64,000 nt of DNA from Takakia lepidozioides (Eukaryota; Plantae; Bryophyta), in assembly GCA_030704615.1 (NCBI GenBank), contig CM060731.1, positions 87,234,001 through 87,298,000 on the forward strand, in the 5' to 3' direction. Within the stretch, counting starts at the first letter, position 1; each line of letters opens with the position of its first letter. This document shows, piece after piece, positions 24,401 to 36,639 of this stretch. The translations under genes and the position numbers were made by a program. The notes under the pieces were generated by a model. That model had not been told where the DNA came from, ran no database searches, and saw only the letters and a program-made list of their open reading frames with translations.

Positions 24401-27400
24401 ATATGGCTGTCTCTCACGTCCGATATCAACAGAGCACTTGGAGGGAGAGAGAGGATGAACCTTTAATCTGCCCAGAGTCACTGCAAGTCCCAAGGATCTG
24501 GGTACTGCATTGTATTACATCCTCTCCTGTCTTTATAAAAGTATTGAAAAGATAGAAACTTATTACGAACCCAGGAGGCCCAGGGGACCTGTGGGACATG
24601 GTAAAACTACAAGAGAAAACTAAAACAATTGAAGGACAACAGAAAGAGTGGTTATAACATGCACTGGAAGCTCAAAGAGCTTATGGCACAATAACACATA
24701 TAACAACTAGCTAAAGCATTGCTCCAAGACACAGCGCCTGGTGGAGAGAGAGAGACTCTATATGCGGTGAACGTACCAGCTCCCATGGCTACAAATAGGT
24801 GGCGTGATATGGCATACAGCTTGATACGTAGGCTGGGAGGAGCCCATCCGCAACGGCGGAAGTAATCACTTATGAGGCGCACCAGATCAGCAGCACGTGG
24901 CAGCAACTGACTGTTTTGACCACCACACCCACATCCTGATTTTTAGCCGTAGAGCAATGGTTGGCCCTTTACTGCCTTTCTTATGTGATAAAGAGATGTA
25001 TGCTTGTGGTAGGCACCTTTGATTCTTGAGAGTAGTAATTATAAGACAATTGAGTCAGAACAAGAAATACGTAAGATGTGTGGAAAGAGAAAAGGGAGCA
25101 CCTGCGCACACCCCGCAAGGTTGCAGGCAGCAGGTTTAGAGCACTCAGATGCAAGGCTGGGAGCTCAGAGCAGAGAGACGCCTGGTGGGCACTGAATACA
25201 GTAGCCCCCAGGGACGAGGCTGTTGGTACACGAGAACCATCAACACGCAATATTCGCATTGTAAGTGCCAGCAAGGGACCTGAGGGAGCTGGCACCTTTG
25301 AAGCACAAAACAAGTAGATAAATAAGAATTGACTTCACTTGCACTTGATGAAACAGTTATCATCATATCATGCAATAGACTGATTAGTTACAGATAGCAC
25401 TAAACAGCTCAGTTGGAGCTAAGGGTGAAGCTGATACCCATGGTGGGATGTACAGGAAATACTACTCTGGCAACTCGTGATAAAACTTGTCTTTTCTGCT
25501 TTTTAGAGACAATCGAGCGACATATGGAGGCAATTGCAGCATTTGACAGGAAGATAAGCCATGTATTCAGGAAAGAGGGGATTACCGGTACAGGGAAAGG
25601 GCTAGTGAGCAGAAAGTGGCAGCATTGCAGAAGAGCAGAGACTCGCAGCACCAGCTGTTGCAAAAGGCTTTTGCCAGGTTGCACACACACATGGGCTGAC
25701 ACAGTCCGACCTCCCAACAGCCAAGGAGGGTCCTGTCCACGTGGCAGCAAGGCCGCAATGGCATCTTCAGCTGCAGTAGCTGTGACATAGCAACAGTCTC
25801 TAGCGTCAGTAGAGGTGACTACTTATCACTCTATCACTCTATCAAACTTCACTTGAAAACAAAAGGATATTGTGTAAGACTGCAGAGTATCAAATGAAGA
25901 CATCCAACATGCAGAGAACAAACAACACTCAGCTTCAGAGAAAGAGTTCCCACCATCTTCCATGCCCACAAAGGCAAAATCAAGCTCAGTGTTGATAGCG
26001 ATCAGGATGCGGCGCATAAGGGAGCTCCAGGTGGTGGCATCTCCATGAACCTTGGGAAGAAGTGCAAGAGCCCTTGCACATTTCTACATACAAACCCATA
26101 TAATACTCAACTTCACTGAGAAAATCCTCAAAAGCTGAATTGATTTCCCCTGATTTGTGAAGGAAATAACCAATGCGCAACTATAATCTATTTAAACAAA
26201 CAAGCTGTCTCAACAGATGACAGGATTAATAAGAGTTCGTCTGTGGTCTAGCGAAAAGGCTTGGTTGGACATGCATTGCTTCTGGTGGCAAGCATTTATT
26301 TACGAGTGGAGAGCCGGGGGAAGAGAACTCCAATCAGAAAGCTAGAATTGAAACTCCAATCTGGTCGGACGAGAAAGACATACACATTCTATCCTTAGGA
26401 TTGGTTGGACATGCATTGCTTCTGGTGGCAAGCATTTATTTAGGAGTGTGGAGAGCCTGGGGAAGAGGACTCCAATCAGAAAGCTAGATTGAAACTCCAA
26501 TCTGTGTTGGACAAGAAAGATATACACATTCTATCTTTACCGATGACTGAACTGCTGAGGGAAGACTGAGATGGAGCTGCGTCCACCTCATATCCACCTG
26601 GTAACTTGCAGACTGTGGGGTCTTGCCTCCCAAATTGTATTTGGTTGACTTGCTTTAGTGAAAAGCAATGTTCTAGTTTACTCTTGCACAGAAGAAGAAA
26701 ACTTGGATCACCAGTTATGATCCAGGTTGTCAAGCGGCTGTAGGCCTTCAAACCAAAAGAGATGCCAGGAATCCCAAGCTGAGCAGAGGCCTTCCTGGAA
26801 GTAAGGAATGATCTGTTGGAACTTCAAAATTGACCTAAGTTAAGACACCACTTGAAGATGCCATTGCCTTTAAGCCCAATTACAAGGGTTCTCAAGACTG
26901 GAGTTGTCAACTCCTGCTAGGGAGGCAGGTGGACTGACAAATGCCCTCACTTAATAGACTAATAATTCCTTGAGTGGCTTCTCTTCAATTCTTGCCTCAA
27001 GAGCCAATAGTCCTTCTTTCCTCTTGACCATGTAGTCTGAACTCATCCACTATCATATTATTTCAACCAAATTCTCACAGATGAAGAAATACCAAGGAGA
27101 GAGAGGCAGGGCAGTCAGCATCCATTATACGAGCTACCAGCAAAGACTCCACCTGTGCAAGAAAGCCACCACGTACAACAATTCAGAGAAGAATTTGGGT
27201 TGATTAGAGAACTAACATCAGATTTTGAGCTGCACATTTTCTGGTGTCATGTTCCAGAACCACTTGAACACATTTTGCAAAATGTATTACCTGATACAGC
27301 ATGCAGAACTACTTAGAATTGGCTGATGTAATAGCACAGTTACGTGCAGAGGTTCAAATTGGGTGGAAAATATGTTTAAACAACCCCTTTGGAGCACCAG

Positions 27401-30400
27401 GCCCTGAAAAATGTCAACCCTTGATAGCAAAGAATCGATAGTGGGGAAATCTAGATCTGCCTTTCTATGGTCAGTCCATGTAATTTGAATGGGACAATTT
27501 CCAGTGACTTATTCAATAGGCAATTGATGACCAGGCCCACCGTAATCTTCATAGCTCTTCTCTAATTCCGGAAAATTGTAAGAAACGGAGAAGGATTCAA
27601 GTTCAAGTTCATAGTTATAATCTTCAAGCAAATAAATAAAGAGGAAAGTTTTGACATTGTTGGAATGCAAGCGCAGGCAAGCAGGGAAGTATCGTAGCAC
27701 TGCAGACAGCAGATTCATGGCCTCATTCTGCACATAAACACCATGAGACCTCATTAATATTGCTTTGCACTACAGCACATACAGATAGATTGAAACTGAT
27801 GGACCAAGCATTGACAAGTTGATGGATCTGGACAATGAGGGTAAAATGTTGTCATCTGGAACATTAGATCAACCAGACACTGCATGCATTGCTCCTCACA
27901 CCTCTACGCTCACTCCAGTGCTCTCTCTCTTGCTCTCTACCCCCTCGTCTGACCCAGTCTTTCTTCTCTCCTCTTCGTCGCCCTCGCCACTGGAGACGCC
28001 TTTCTTACTGTCTTAACCCTAAACCCTAAATCCATAGACTGTCCCCGTACGCACATGCATAGAAGGCCCAAGAATTGATGCTATGCCACAAATTCCAGTA
28101 ATATCTTCAAGAACATCAGACTGCCTGTATGTAGATCATTGCAAACTGGTCCTACTACTCCACTCAACTTTACTTGGATTTTTGTACCCCACACCCAGTG
28201 GACAGCTTCAAAAAAGATTTGAAGGTTACCCACTGGAGGCCACTAAATAAAATGAGCATTTGCACTAATCAGAGTTGCATTTTCCACTTTACTCAGTGAA
28301 ACAGCAAGGACAACACAGTGACATATATGCAATTCTCAGTACAGTACCCATGGTAAACCTCACATACATGAATCAGAAGCACACAACCAACTCTCCCAGA
28401 TTTTGGCAACAGCCACACTGAACCTATTCTTAGTATGACCTGTTGCCCCTCCGACCTTTCAACATGAGAGTCGTGATAGATACAAACCCAAATGCCACTC
28501 GAGTCCTTGTCCCCCAGTAACTGCAGGAGGGGCTGCGCCAGCTTGGCTATAAGATTTGCACCATCACGCCTTACCCCAGCATATTCTATGAGCCCTCCAA
28601 GCCTGGGCAGGACTTTTAATTTTAGGCAGACAAAAACATTTGTCTCGTACACAGATGCAGAGGACATATCCCACAACAACATCGTCATATTGGTCTTGCA
28701 CAGCAATAAAAATCCAGTACAGGGCTGATTACGTGTTGATTGGAGGAACGGCACGATTGGTGGTGTTAAGGTCAGTGCAGATTGATGCAGATGTATAGAG
28801 GTGGTATCTGTAATTGTGGTTACACTACTATTCACTCTCATGAGAAGAGGGCAGGGAGACAGACAAAAGAGGCATAGGAGGTCCGAAGCATTCGTCCAAT
28901 CTGATCAAAAGGTCAACCATCCAGATACTTAGAATGAACTCCAGCAGAAAAAGTGACTCCAACGGGATCTGAAAAGCTACAAGGCACCCTACATAAAAAA
29001 AATCAATTGGAAGAGCTGCTGCAAAAAGTACCTTTACTGATTTGAGGGCACGCAAACCTACACTGAGTTACAGAGAATTACATGTGTACCTGATTAGGAG
29101 GTCAGTAAGAGCAGCACATGCAGACGCCCTGACAAATACGGGATCTGTAGGTTGCTGCAACCCCAACCAATGAACAGCATGGTCATTCTGTATGTATGCT
29201 GATTCCAGCTTCTTGCTTTATTTGACAACAAGCCCCTACTTGTATCGTAGACATAAAAAGGTTGATACAAATGGGTCATATCATAGGGGGAGAATGTTCT
29301 TTTTTTCACGGGGATGGAGGATGGATTTAGTCCCTAGTCTCTGTTTCCAACAGTAGGGTGATCGCAAAACCAAGGAGGGAAAGAGAACCTACACCTTACT
29401 ACTCAAAAACCCGGTCACTGAACTCAGTGTTGTGTGATCTGGGGGTTTTGTAAAATCTTGGATGAAATACTCATACCTTGAGAGGAAGAAGGAGCTTCGG
29501 GAACCAGAGACTGAAACACTCTAAGAAACGCTGGCGTATGCATTCCTGACAGGTCACACCTAGCAGGCACACCCCTGCCCAACGATTCTCTGCCTGCAAG
29601 GAAAACACATAATTAAAAAACACTTTGTAGAGGAATCACATTTGTAGAGTCGCTGTTGACCACAATTTACTCAACCCCAGCACAAACCTCTCAGATGTCC
29701 AACTGTTCATTGTGTCAGCAAGCATTGGCGATTCTCAATGAACGTAGATATGTTGCACTAGCTACGCACGCAGTGCTATGGAAGAAAGCACACTGAAATA
29801 TCTAGAACTTTCTTGGATAACGGCTATTTCACACTTCTGCCTGAGACGTGACCCCAGTGGTGTAGTTACATAGCTATTGCCAAACCATTACACACCGCAT
29901 GAAAGACAATTTCCTACTTAATAATCCAAACACGAGCACAGCCTGCCTAATATGCACTAGACTTTCACTAGAATCCCACTTGCCAACAAGTTCAAGATCT
30001 CAAATGAAACCGAGGTACTGTCAACATAACCAGAAGTTTGGTGCTAGATTCACCCGACATCCAGCATTTTAAGTTTAAGGTCAGACTTTTCTCAAGAGTA
30101 AAGTCACCCGACTTACATCAACTGTCATGTTCGGGTCAGTACATATGTCAGTCAAGTAGAGAACCGGCACCAATCCACAAAAAGCTCTACATCGGTAGGG
30201 ATTCTTCAAATCAGAAAGTGACCTTTGGCAAACTCTAAAGGAAACTCACATGAGCTGCTTAGTGGAGCCCTTCAAAAGTTGTTTCCTATTGGATTACCAG
30301 GTTCAAAGTATGAAAGAGAAGAGGGCGCAGGGAGCAACCTATCTGTCGTTGATGAGGTAAACCCCTAATCCGCAAAGGTGGCAGGGCCGCGCGACTTCTC

Positions 30401-30822
30401 GGGACGAGTGAGAACGGACAGAGTGGAGGGAAATGAGGTTATTGCAATATCTACAATTTTGCTTTCATGCAGTTCTGTGCAAGTCTGATGGATTGAGTAT
30501 AACTAGTCCACAATCGAAAACCAATACCTACCACGGTGCTAGATAGAAGGCTCAGCAATCGCTCCATCCAAGCATCAACTGCTCCTTTGCTGGCGTCCAC
30601 ACTCTTGACCCCACCCTGAGAGAAGTGCATCCCCGAACCTCCCGCTGGCAAGGTCTCCCGAAGCAGATGGTGACGACGAATGGAAGCCACGGCTACTGAT
30701 AGCTGTGCAGGAGCCCTGGGGAGCTGCTTGTCATCGGGTAAATGGGCAGCCATAACAGCGTGCAATAACCGTGGCCTCAACGCTTGGTCGTGCATGCTGT
30801 GAAGTGCTTCTTCAAACGCCAT
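21484..30822 (-). CDS. PELP1: RIX1/PELP1 (proline-, glutamic acid- and leucine-rich protein 1) 60S ribosome biogenesis/rixosome factor; about 12 exons
   Basis: Exons read: MAFEEALHSMHDQALRPRLLH...AVDAWMERLLSLLSSTV (30822-30532); NRWAGVCLLGVTCQEC..RFLECFSLWFPKLL (~29593-29477); DLLIRL (~28900); GVRRDGANLIAKLAQPLLQLL (~28610-28490); EAMNLLSAVLRYFP (~27725); ARALALLPK..W..LMRRIL (~26085-25954); SALLQCCHFLLT (~25790-25584); LALTMRILRVDGS..SELPALHLSALNLL (~25290-25103); SQLLPRA (~24910); AALQALEALLTS (~23983-23669); GGALLPDRWRAEVD..ASLLSP (~23287-23029); last exon GTEVAEVCSHALLALEPLIHPR...LPDIIDGDPDSE (22487-21484). These are typical plant PELP1 motifs. Internal exon borders are approximate. Confidence 0.9.
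26260..26530. repeat. Tandem duplication (~140 bp unit) in a PELP1 intron
   Basis: TTGGTTGGACATGCATTGCTTCTGGTGGCAAGCATTTATTTA...CTCCAATCAGAAAGCTAGA...ACACATTCTATC occurs at about 26260 and about 26401. Confidence 0.85.
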
Positions 30823-31020
30823 TATTGTGCCCCTTACTGGATTGTTGGCTCTACCGAAAATTGATTCTGGGTCGGTTTCACAAATCTCAAATCATGACGG
30901 GTATGGCAGGATCTGTCTGCATTTTTGTGATTACCAAACTACCTGCCTTCGGGCAAAATCTGCTGGTCTTCGATGCAGGTGAATTCACGATTTGTCCATG
31001 TGGCATTTTGGATCTCAGCG

Positions 31021-31053
<33 letters not shown>

Positions 31054-32409
31054 GGTGGGGCAAGAAGATGAAGCAGAAAAAAGGGAGGCAGGAGACCTAA
31101 AGAGTAAAACTGAGAACACGTTCAGAGATCTCTGATAGATGCATGGATAGTTGTTATGCAAATTTGGATCGAATCGGGAATTTTGGATCTAATTACTGTG
31201 AACAAACCAACATTGAGAGAAATTACACCACGAGGGAATAATCCGTTCTTCAGACCTAGTATCAACAGAATGAGTCTCCAGCGAGAATTGACGGAAACCC
31301 TCCAACCTAATCTCTCGAGATTTCAAAAAGTCGAGCCCATCTCAACCATATATGATCGTGGCACACTACAGAGATTTAAAAAAGGGGTGGACCTATAAAA
31401 TTGATATGCGGGTTTAATGAAGGATACAAAGAAGAGAAGCATAACACCAAGATCAACCTGAACACAGACACAAAGGTGAAAAGAGAGGCGTTGGCCGTAA
31501 ACGCCCCGCTGCTACGAAACTGAAATGGGAAGGCAGAAGCTCAACCGAGGTTTTGTCACTCTGAATTGCGATCTATGTGGACCTCCATAACCCCGGTCAT
31601 TCACCGGCGGTTATGGCGGCAACTACTAACTACACTGGCGCGACCAAGTTCAACCCCTAATGCCAATGCTTCCAAAGGGTTCATCACTATATATATATAT
31701 ATATATATATGCTTCTCATTGTTTGATAATAGCGATTTCAATGCGGGCACGTGCGGTTGCGGCGGCCCCGCATGTGGGAGAGGGGGCCGCGACGGGTGGG
31801 GCACCCCCTACCTGGCAGGGTCAGTATGCTCGGGGAAGTGAGAGGGGGAGCGAGTCTGTTGGGCCCACAAAACACCTGAAATTCTAGCGACTACACAAGG
31901 TCGAGAGCTAGTTTAGCGTAGAGCAGGAATAGGGTGCCGTAGTGCCACATCATCGTCACCACGTTTCGTCGCCACATTTCGTACGTCGTCCATTTGCATC
32001 TGCGATCGGTGTATGAAACAAATCCCTCCGCGCTCCACAAATCATGCATACACCCTTGTCTTGCCTCGATTGTTCCACCATAGACTGGGGTTAGAAACGT
32101 ATTCATTCCAGAGCTTCTCCTCGTCTATGTTATCGTTATCTTTGAAAAAGGTTGAGCAGCATCCACCATGTAGGATCTACCTTTGAGATCGGTATGTGAA
32201 ATCCCTCCGAGCTCATCGTCCCTCCCCCCGCGCTGCAACCTCTCCCGACCTCTCGCGGTTATTTTCGGGCAGTCCGGGCACCATGTTCGAGTACGTGAGA
32301 AGCTCATTAACGAAGGTGACAATGCAACAGTTCATTGTTGATGTTTATGCCAGTTTGTAGTTGTTGGTTGTCATGTAATTGCTTTATGTGCACGTGTCGG
32401 TTCTCACGG

Positions 32410-33360
32410 GAGGGACACATTCATATATTCAGGATGTATGAAACAATCTGAGCACGTGTGGAGGCAAGTCGCTGGTTGTTTCTGCAGGAAGAATGTGCTG
32501 AAGGGAGGCAGCTCACGGGGAGGACTATGAGTACCCACCTGACTTGGCTCTTCCTCCCAAATATGCAGACTGGCTGGTTGATGTTGTGCGCTCACATGTG
32601 GCAAGGATTCCCAATTCCGAATCTGATCCCATGTATTGCCAAATGTTGGACTTGTCCAGGCCTCCTTTGATCATTGCAACTTCATACAATAGCCTGTCAG
32701 CTTATGGAAACCACTATAGGGTGTCTTCAACCAATATGGACACAAGTAGAGTGTCATATAACTCAGGGGTGTCATCTGTTTTCCACCATGTATCTACAAA
32801 CAGTGCAGGAGAGGAGGTGGTAGAAAGCCTGCGATACGTGGGTGTCATTAGGGAGATACTGGAAATTGACTATGGGAAGACAAGGCCCATTGTGATGTTG
32901 TGTTCGTGGGTTCGGGCAAAGAAGGGGAGCCGCAATCAGCTTGCATCCATGAAGCAGGATGATTGTGGGTTCACATTGGTGAATTTCTCCCAAATGTTGG
33001 CTCCACAAGAGCAGCCATTCGTGCTGCCGTCACAGGTGGAGCAGGTATTTTTCAGCACTTGTATTCATGAACCTCGCTGGAATGTGGTCCTTGAGAAAAG
33101 CCCCAGATCTTCTCGGGTGGTTTGTGATGTGTCAATTGGTAACGATGATCTTCGTAGTGTGGAAGGCCTCTTAGCCCCTAAACGAGGAAGAGACACATGT
33201 TGCAGGCCCGAATTTGGGCCAGACAATTGAAGTGACTCCCGAAGTTGTTGCCTCACTATACAGGGATGTGCGCAACGAGGCACCCATTGTGGTGGAGAAT
33301 GACGGTACCGATGAGGAAGAAGATGACAGCGAGGACGAGCTGCCTGACGTCGATGTGTAA
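32410..33360 (+). mobile_element. CACTA/EnSpm transposase C-terminal fragment (DUF4216-like)
   Basis: ORF 32544-33230 contains YGNHYRV, SYNSGV, YVGVIREILEIDY, VMLCSWV, DDCGFTLVNF and PFVLPSQVEQVFF...WNVVL, followed by an acidic tail. The catalytic N-terminal part and TIRs were not found. Confidence 0.85.
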
Positions 33361-35292
33361 TGCATTTAGGACAGCATGCTTGTTCACTGCTATCCAGATT
33401 TCAAGAGGTCCATGGGTGGTAGTGAAGTTCACATGTAGTGTAGAGGGGCTAAGATTTCTTGCAGGCTGCACTATGACTAGCACGCCTTTACCATGACTGT
33501 TAATGTTGGTTTAAACTTCTGGCAGAGCCACCACCATGGCTTGTGCTATTTTGTGCTATTGCTGAGAAGAACCCTTACCCATTCCTCTCATTTTTGTCGG
33601 AAATGGAGATGATCAATTACATGATGTTTCCATGTCACGATGCCACCAGTGTACTTTGCAGAAGTACCCACTCCACTTCAAATTTCACAAGAACCAATCT
33701 GCAAATTCTTACTTTGATGTAGCATGCATGCTACACTCACATAGTCGTAATTCGTCTTTGTGCACAAGTCATACCCATGGCAAACACTGGATGTACTCTA
33801 GCGTTAGGCTTGTAACTAGTAGCTTATTTTGTGGCCTAAACTCAGAATCGTGGACATGCATGGTGGTCAGTTTGCCTTGTCAGGAAGGCTGGCAGTTGGT
33901 TAGCCTGACTCGGAATTTTTTCCCTTGTGTTTCCCACCCCCCTAAACTTGCAGTCCATGGCAATTTGATGATGCATTGATAGTCAGGCTCGCAACGGTGC
34001 CCCATTTTTTCACTGCATTCGAATTTGGCGGGAAGCAGGTTGGCGGGAGCACAGATTATATCTCCACTTCGCTCCACTTGCCTTTCATTCTGTTTGCTCT
34101 TGCTCGCTCTTCATCGCTCTTGCTTCTTTGCAGTGTCTACGTTGTCCCTGTTCACTTCGTCGTTTGGCAAGTCACCCTTGCATCACACGGTTAGCATGCG
34201 AACGCATTTGTTGTGGTCATCGTTGTGGGCCAACTCGCCCCATCATCACACAACTACCATGCGATCCCGCTTCAGGAGAACTGCACACACAGCTCAATGG
34301 CACCGCAGCATGGAGCGCCTTCGAAGAGAGCAGGCAATTCAGTATGCTGCAGAGCACTGGGATCCGGAGACGGCCATATCACATAAGCATGGCAATTTCT
34401 TCTAAACCTTCGCCATTGATCCGCATAACCGTCCACCAATACTCTGCATTCAAGAAGTGGATGGGTTCAAGACATCTCCATAACAGGCTCCTCCATCTCT
34501 CCAATTGACAAAGACGTTATGCTTGAACATGGCCAACTGCTTACATGGAAGCTGGTATTGACATAATGCTTGAGAACACAATGTTTATTCCGTTCTAGCC
34601 CCAGTTTGCTCACAGTTGTGATACTGCTTAGTCAGACAAATGTCTACTCCAGGCACGACCGGCAAGCAATATCTAAGAGGTATAGCCTTGTCTTGTGTGT
34701 GTACAACTCTATTCACAAAACATAGATCAAATGGACTGGCACATCCTTTTAAGACTCATGTACAAGGACCTTGTCTACAAGACTGCTATTCTTTCAAGAG
34801 TTAACAACCAGCCCACAAGGTGTGAAAAATGGTTGACAAATTCTCAAACTTACACAGTGACACATCTAGAAAGGGACGAGTTTACAATAGAAGAGGGCAT
34901 CTTATGCATCAGTAGTAAAAGGAAAACCAAACCAATGCCATGTGATTGTCGGCACTGCACTTGTTTCTTTATTAATTTGGCTGTTGCTGCAGCACCTCCT
35001 ACAATGAGACCATACGTATCTGCCAATGTCACCATTTCGCCCTATGGCCAGTGAGATCTGATGTAAGAGCATGTGATACTGGCAAGAATGAACACATGAA
35101 CATCATCTGTGTAAGTATTGTCAATCACAAGTCTTAGCCCATCAACTTCATCATGTGTGTGGCAGTGAGAGAAGTTCCTACCGCTCCCCACTAACTTCAA
35201 GCTCTTGATAGTGGGTGTATATCACAAGGCCGTGCCTCAATTTTTCTGCCTATCTGCTTGCAGCAAAAGGTTGGACGCCTGTGGGCGTCGGT

Positions 35293-35434
35293 ACTCCTCT
35301 ACACGGAGAAGCCAATTGGACAGGGAAGCTTAGTGATATGGTACCACGCCGCGTACCCCTACCTATATGGCTACGCGGCGTGGTACCATATCACTAAGCT
35401 TCCCTGTCCAATTGGCTTCTCCGTGTAGAGGAGT
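35293..35434. repeat. Perfect 63-bp inverted repeat with a 16-nt loop (foldback)
   Basis: 35293-35355 is the exact reverse complement of 35372-35434; the loop is CCCCTACCTATATGGC. Confidence 0.95.
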
Positions 35435-36639
35435 TGTGACAGGATGTCAGTCATGAAGTTTGTTGCTGCTCTTGTGTGTGAAGGCATTATGTAATCTCCT
35501 ATCCCAGCACTTGCAACTAGGATAGCAGGAATCGGTAGACATTAGGATGCACTTGGTCGAAGGAGTAGCATTGGGTGATTCGTTGACATTAAGAGATCTA
35601 TTCTATTTCTCTAGCTACTGACTGTTTCCAACTTTGATGCGTGCATGCTTCTTCCGCATGTACGTTGAAAACTGAATCTCTAAAACCTTACATATGATGG
35701 AGACCACTAAGAGGATCAAATGCATAGGTGAATTTGTTGAGAGTCATTGTGCACACAATGTGCCATGATTCTGAGTAGGCCAATGCATTTGCAGATTGAG
35801 TATAGCGAACGCCAATCGTTTTTGGGTGCCCTAAACTACCCGCTGGGTCTTTTTGTCTACACATATTTTGCATCATTGTGAATGAGTGGTTGGTGTTTTG
35901 CACCAGGGTGCATATCCACTGAATGCATCATTTCGTCTTCTCTCATGCTTTTGTCTTTCAATTGTGTTGCCGATTTTCCAAAAATGCAGTGCACCGCTTC
36001 AACCATCATAGAACCTGCATGGTCGCCTCTCATATGCATGTTCGGGACTTGTCTCTATTCTCCACCAAGCCCACGCGTTAGTAACATGCATCGTGTGCAG
36101 CCGTTAGATGCACTTGCATCCAATGCACCTGAATGTCCAACCCTGCGAGCAATGATAGATTGACACGTCGTCATTTGCAATCACATCCTGCATTTGTTTC
36201 ATCCATTTATATTTGCATCGTCCACGTAGACACTCCTTGGGCAACCAGCAATCGCCACGTGCAGTTGTGAATACTGGCAGTCATACATTCCCATGCCCAC
36301 GTCATCCTGTTGCAGTTTTGGCCATGACTCCTAGTCTTATCTACCATCTTCCTCTATCTGGTCAAATGTGTTTGACCGCAGATCCTGACGTGGCGGAGGT
36401 ACAAGGTGGCATATACGACTTCTGGTGGTCACAAATGGCAACCAGGACTGCCCCCTTGCATTTTGTAGACATATATGTTATGACTGGGCAAATGTGGCAG
36501 ACGTTAAAGCCGGGATCTGTTGTAATGACTCTCACAGAGTGTAGCTACAAGCCTGAACACTGCGGCTGGTCTTATCCCCGGCGTTGCAATCATGGTAGCC
36601 AAGAACAATGGAGCCTGACACACAGATATGGATGCCCCT

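Noticed and set aside
26540-27050. Possible LINE remnant in a PELP1 intron
   Set aside because: Only vaguely coding-like on the minus strand, with no diagnostic RT or endonuclease motif.
28013-28030. Interstitial telomere (TAACCCTAAACCCTAAA)
   Set aside because: Only about 2.5 units inside an intron; too short to indicate a chromosome fusion.
33500-36500. Many short ORFs on both strands
   Set aside because: No recognisable domains or consistent exon structure; treated as degenerate intergenic or TE-derived DNA.
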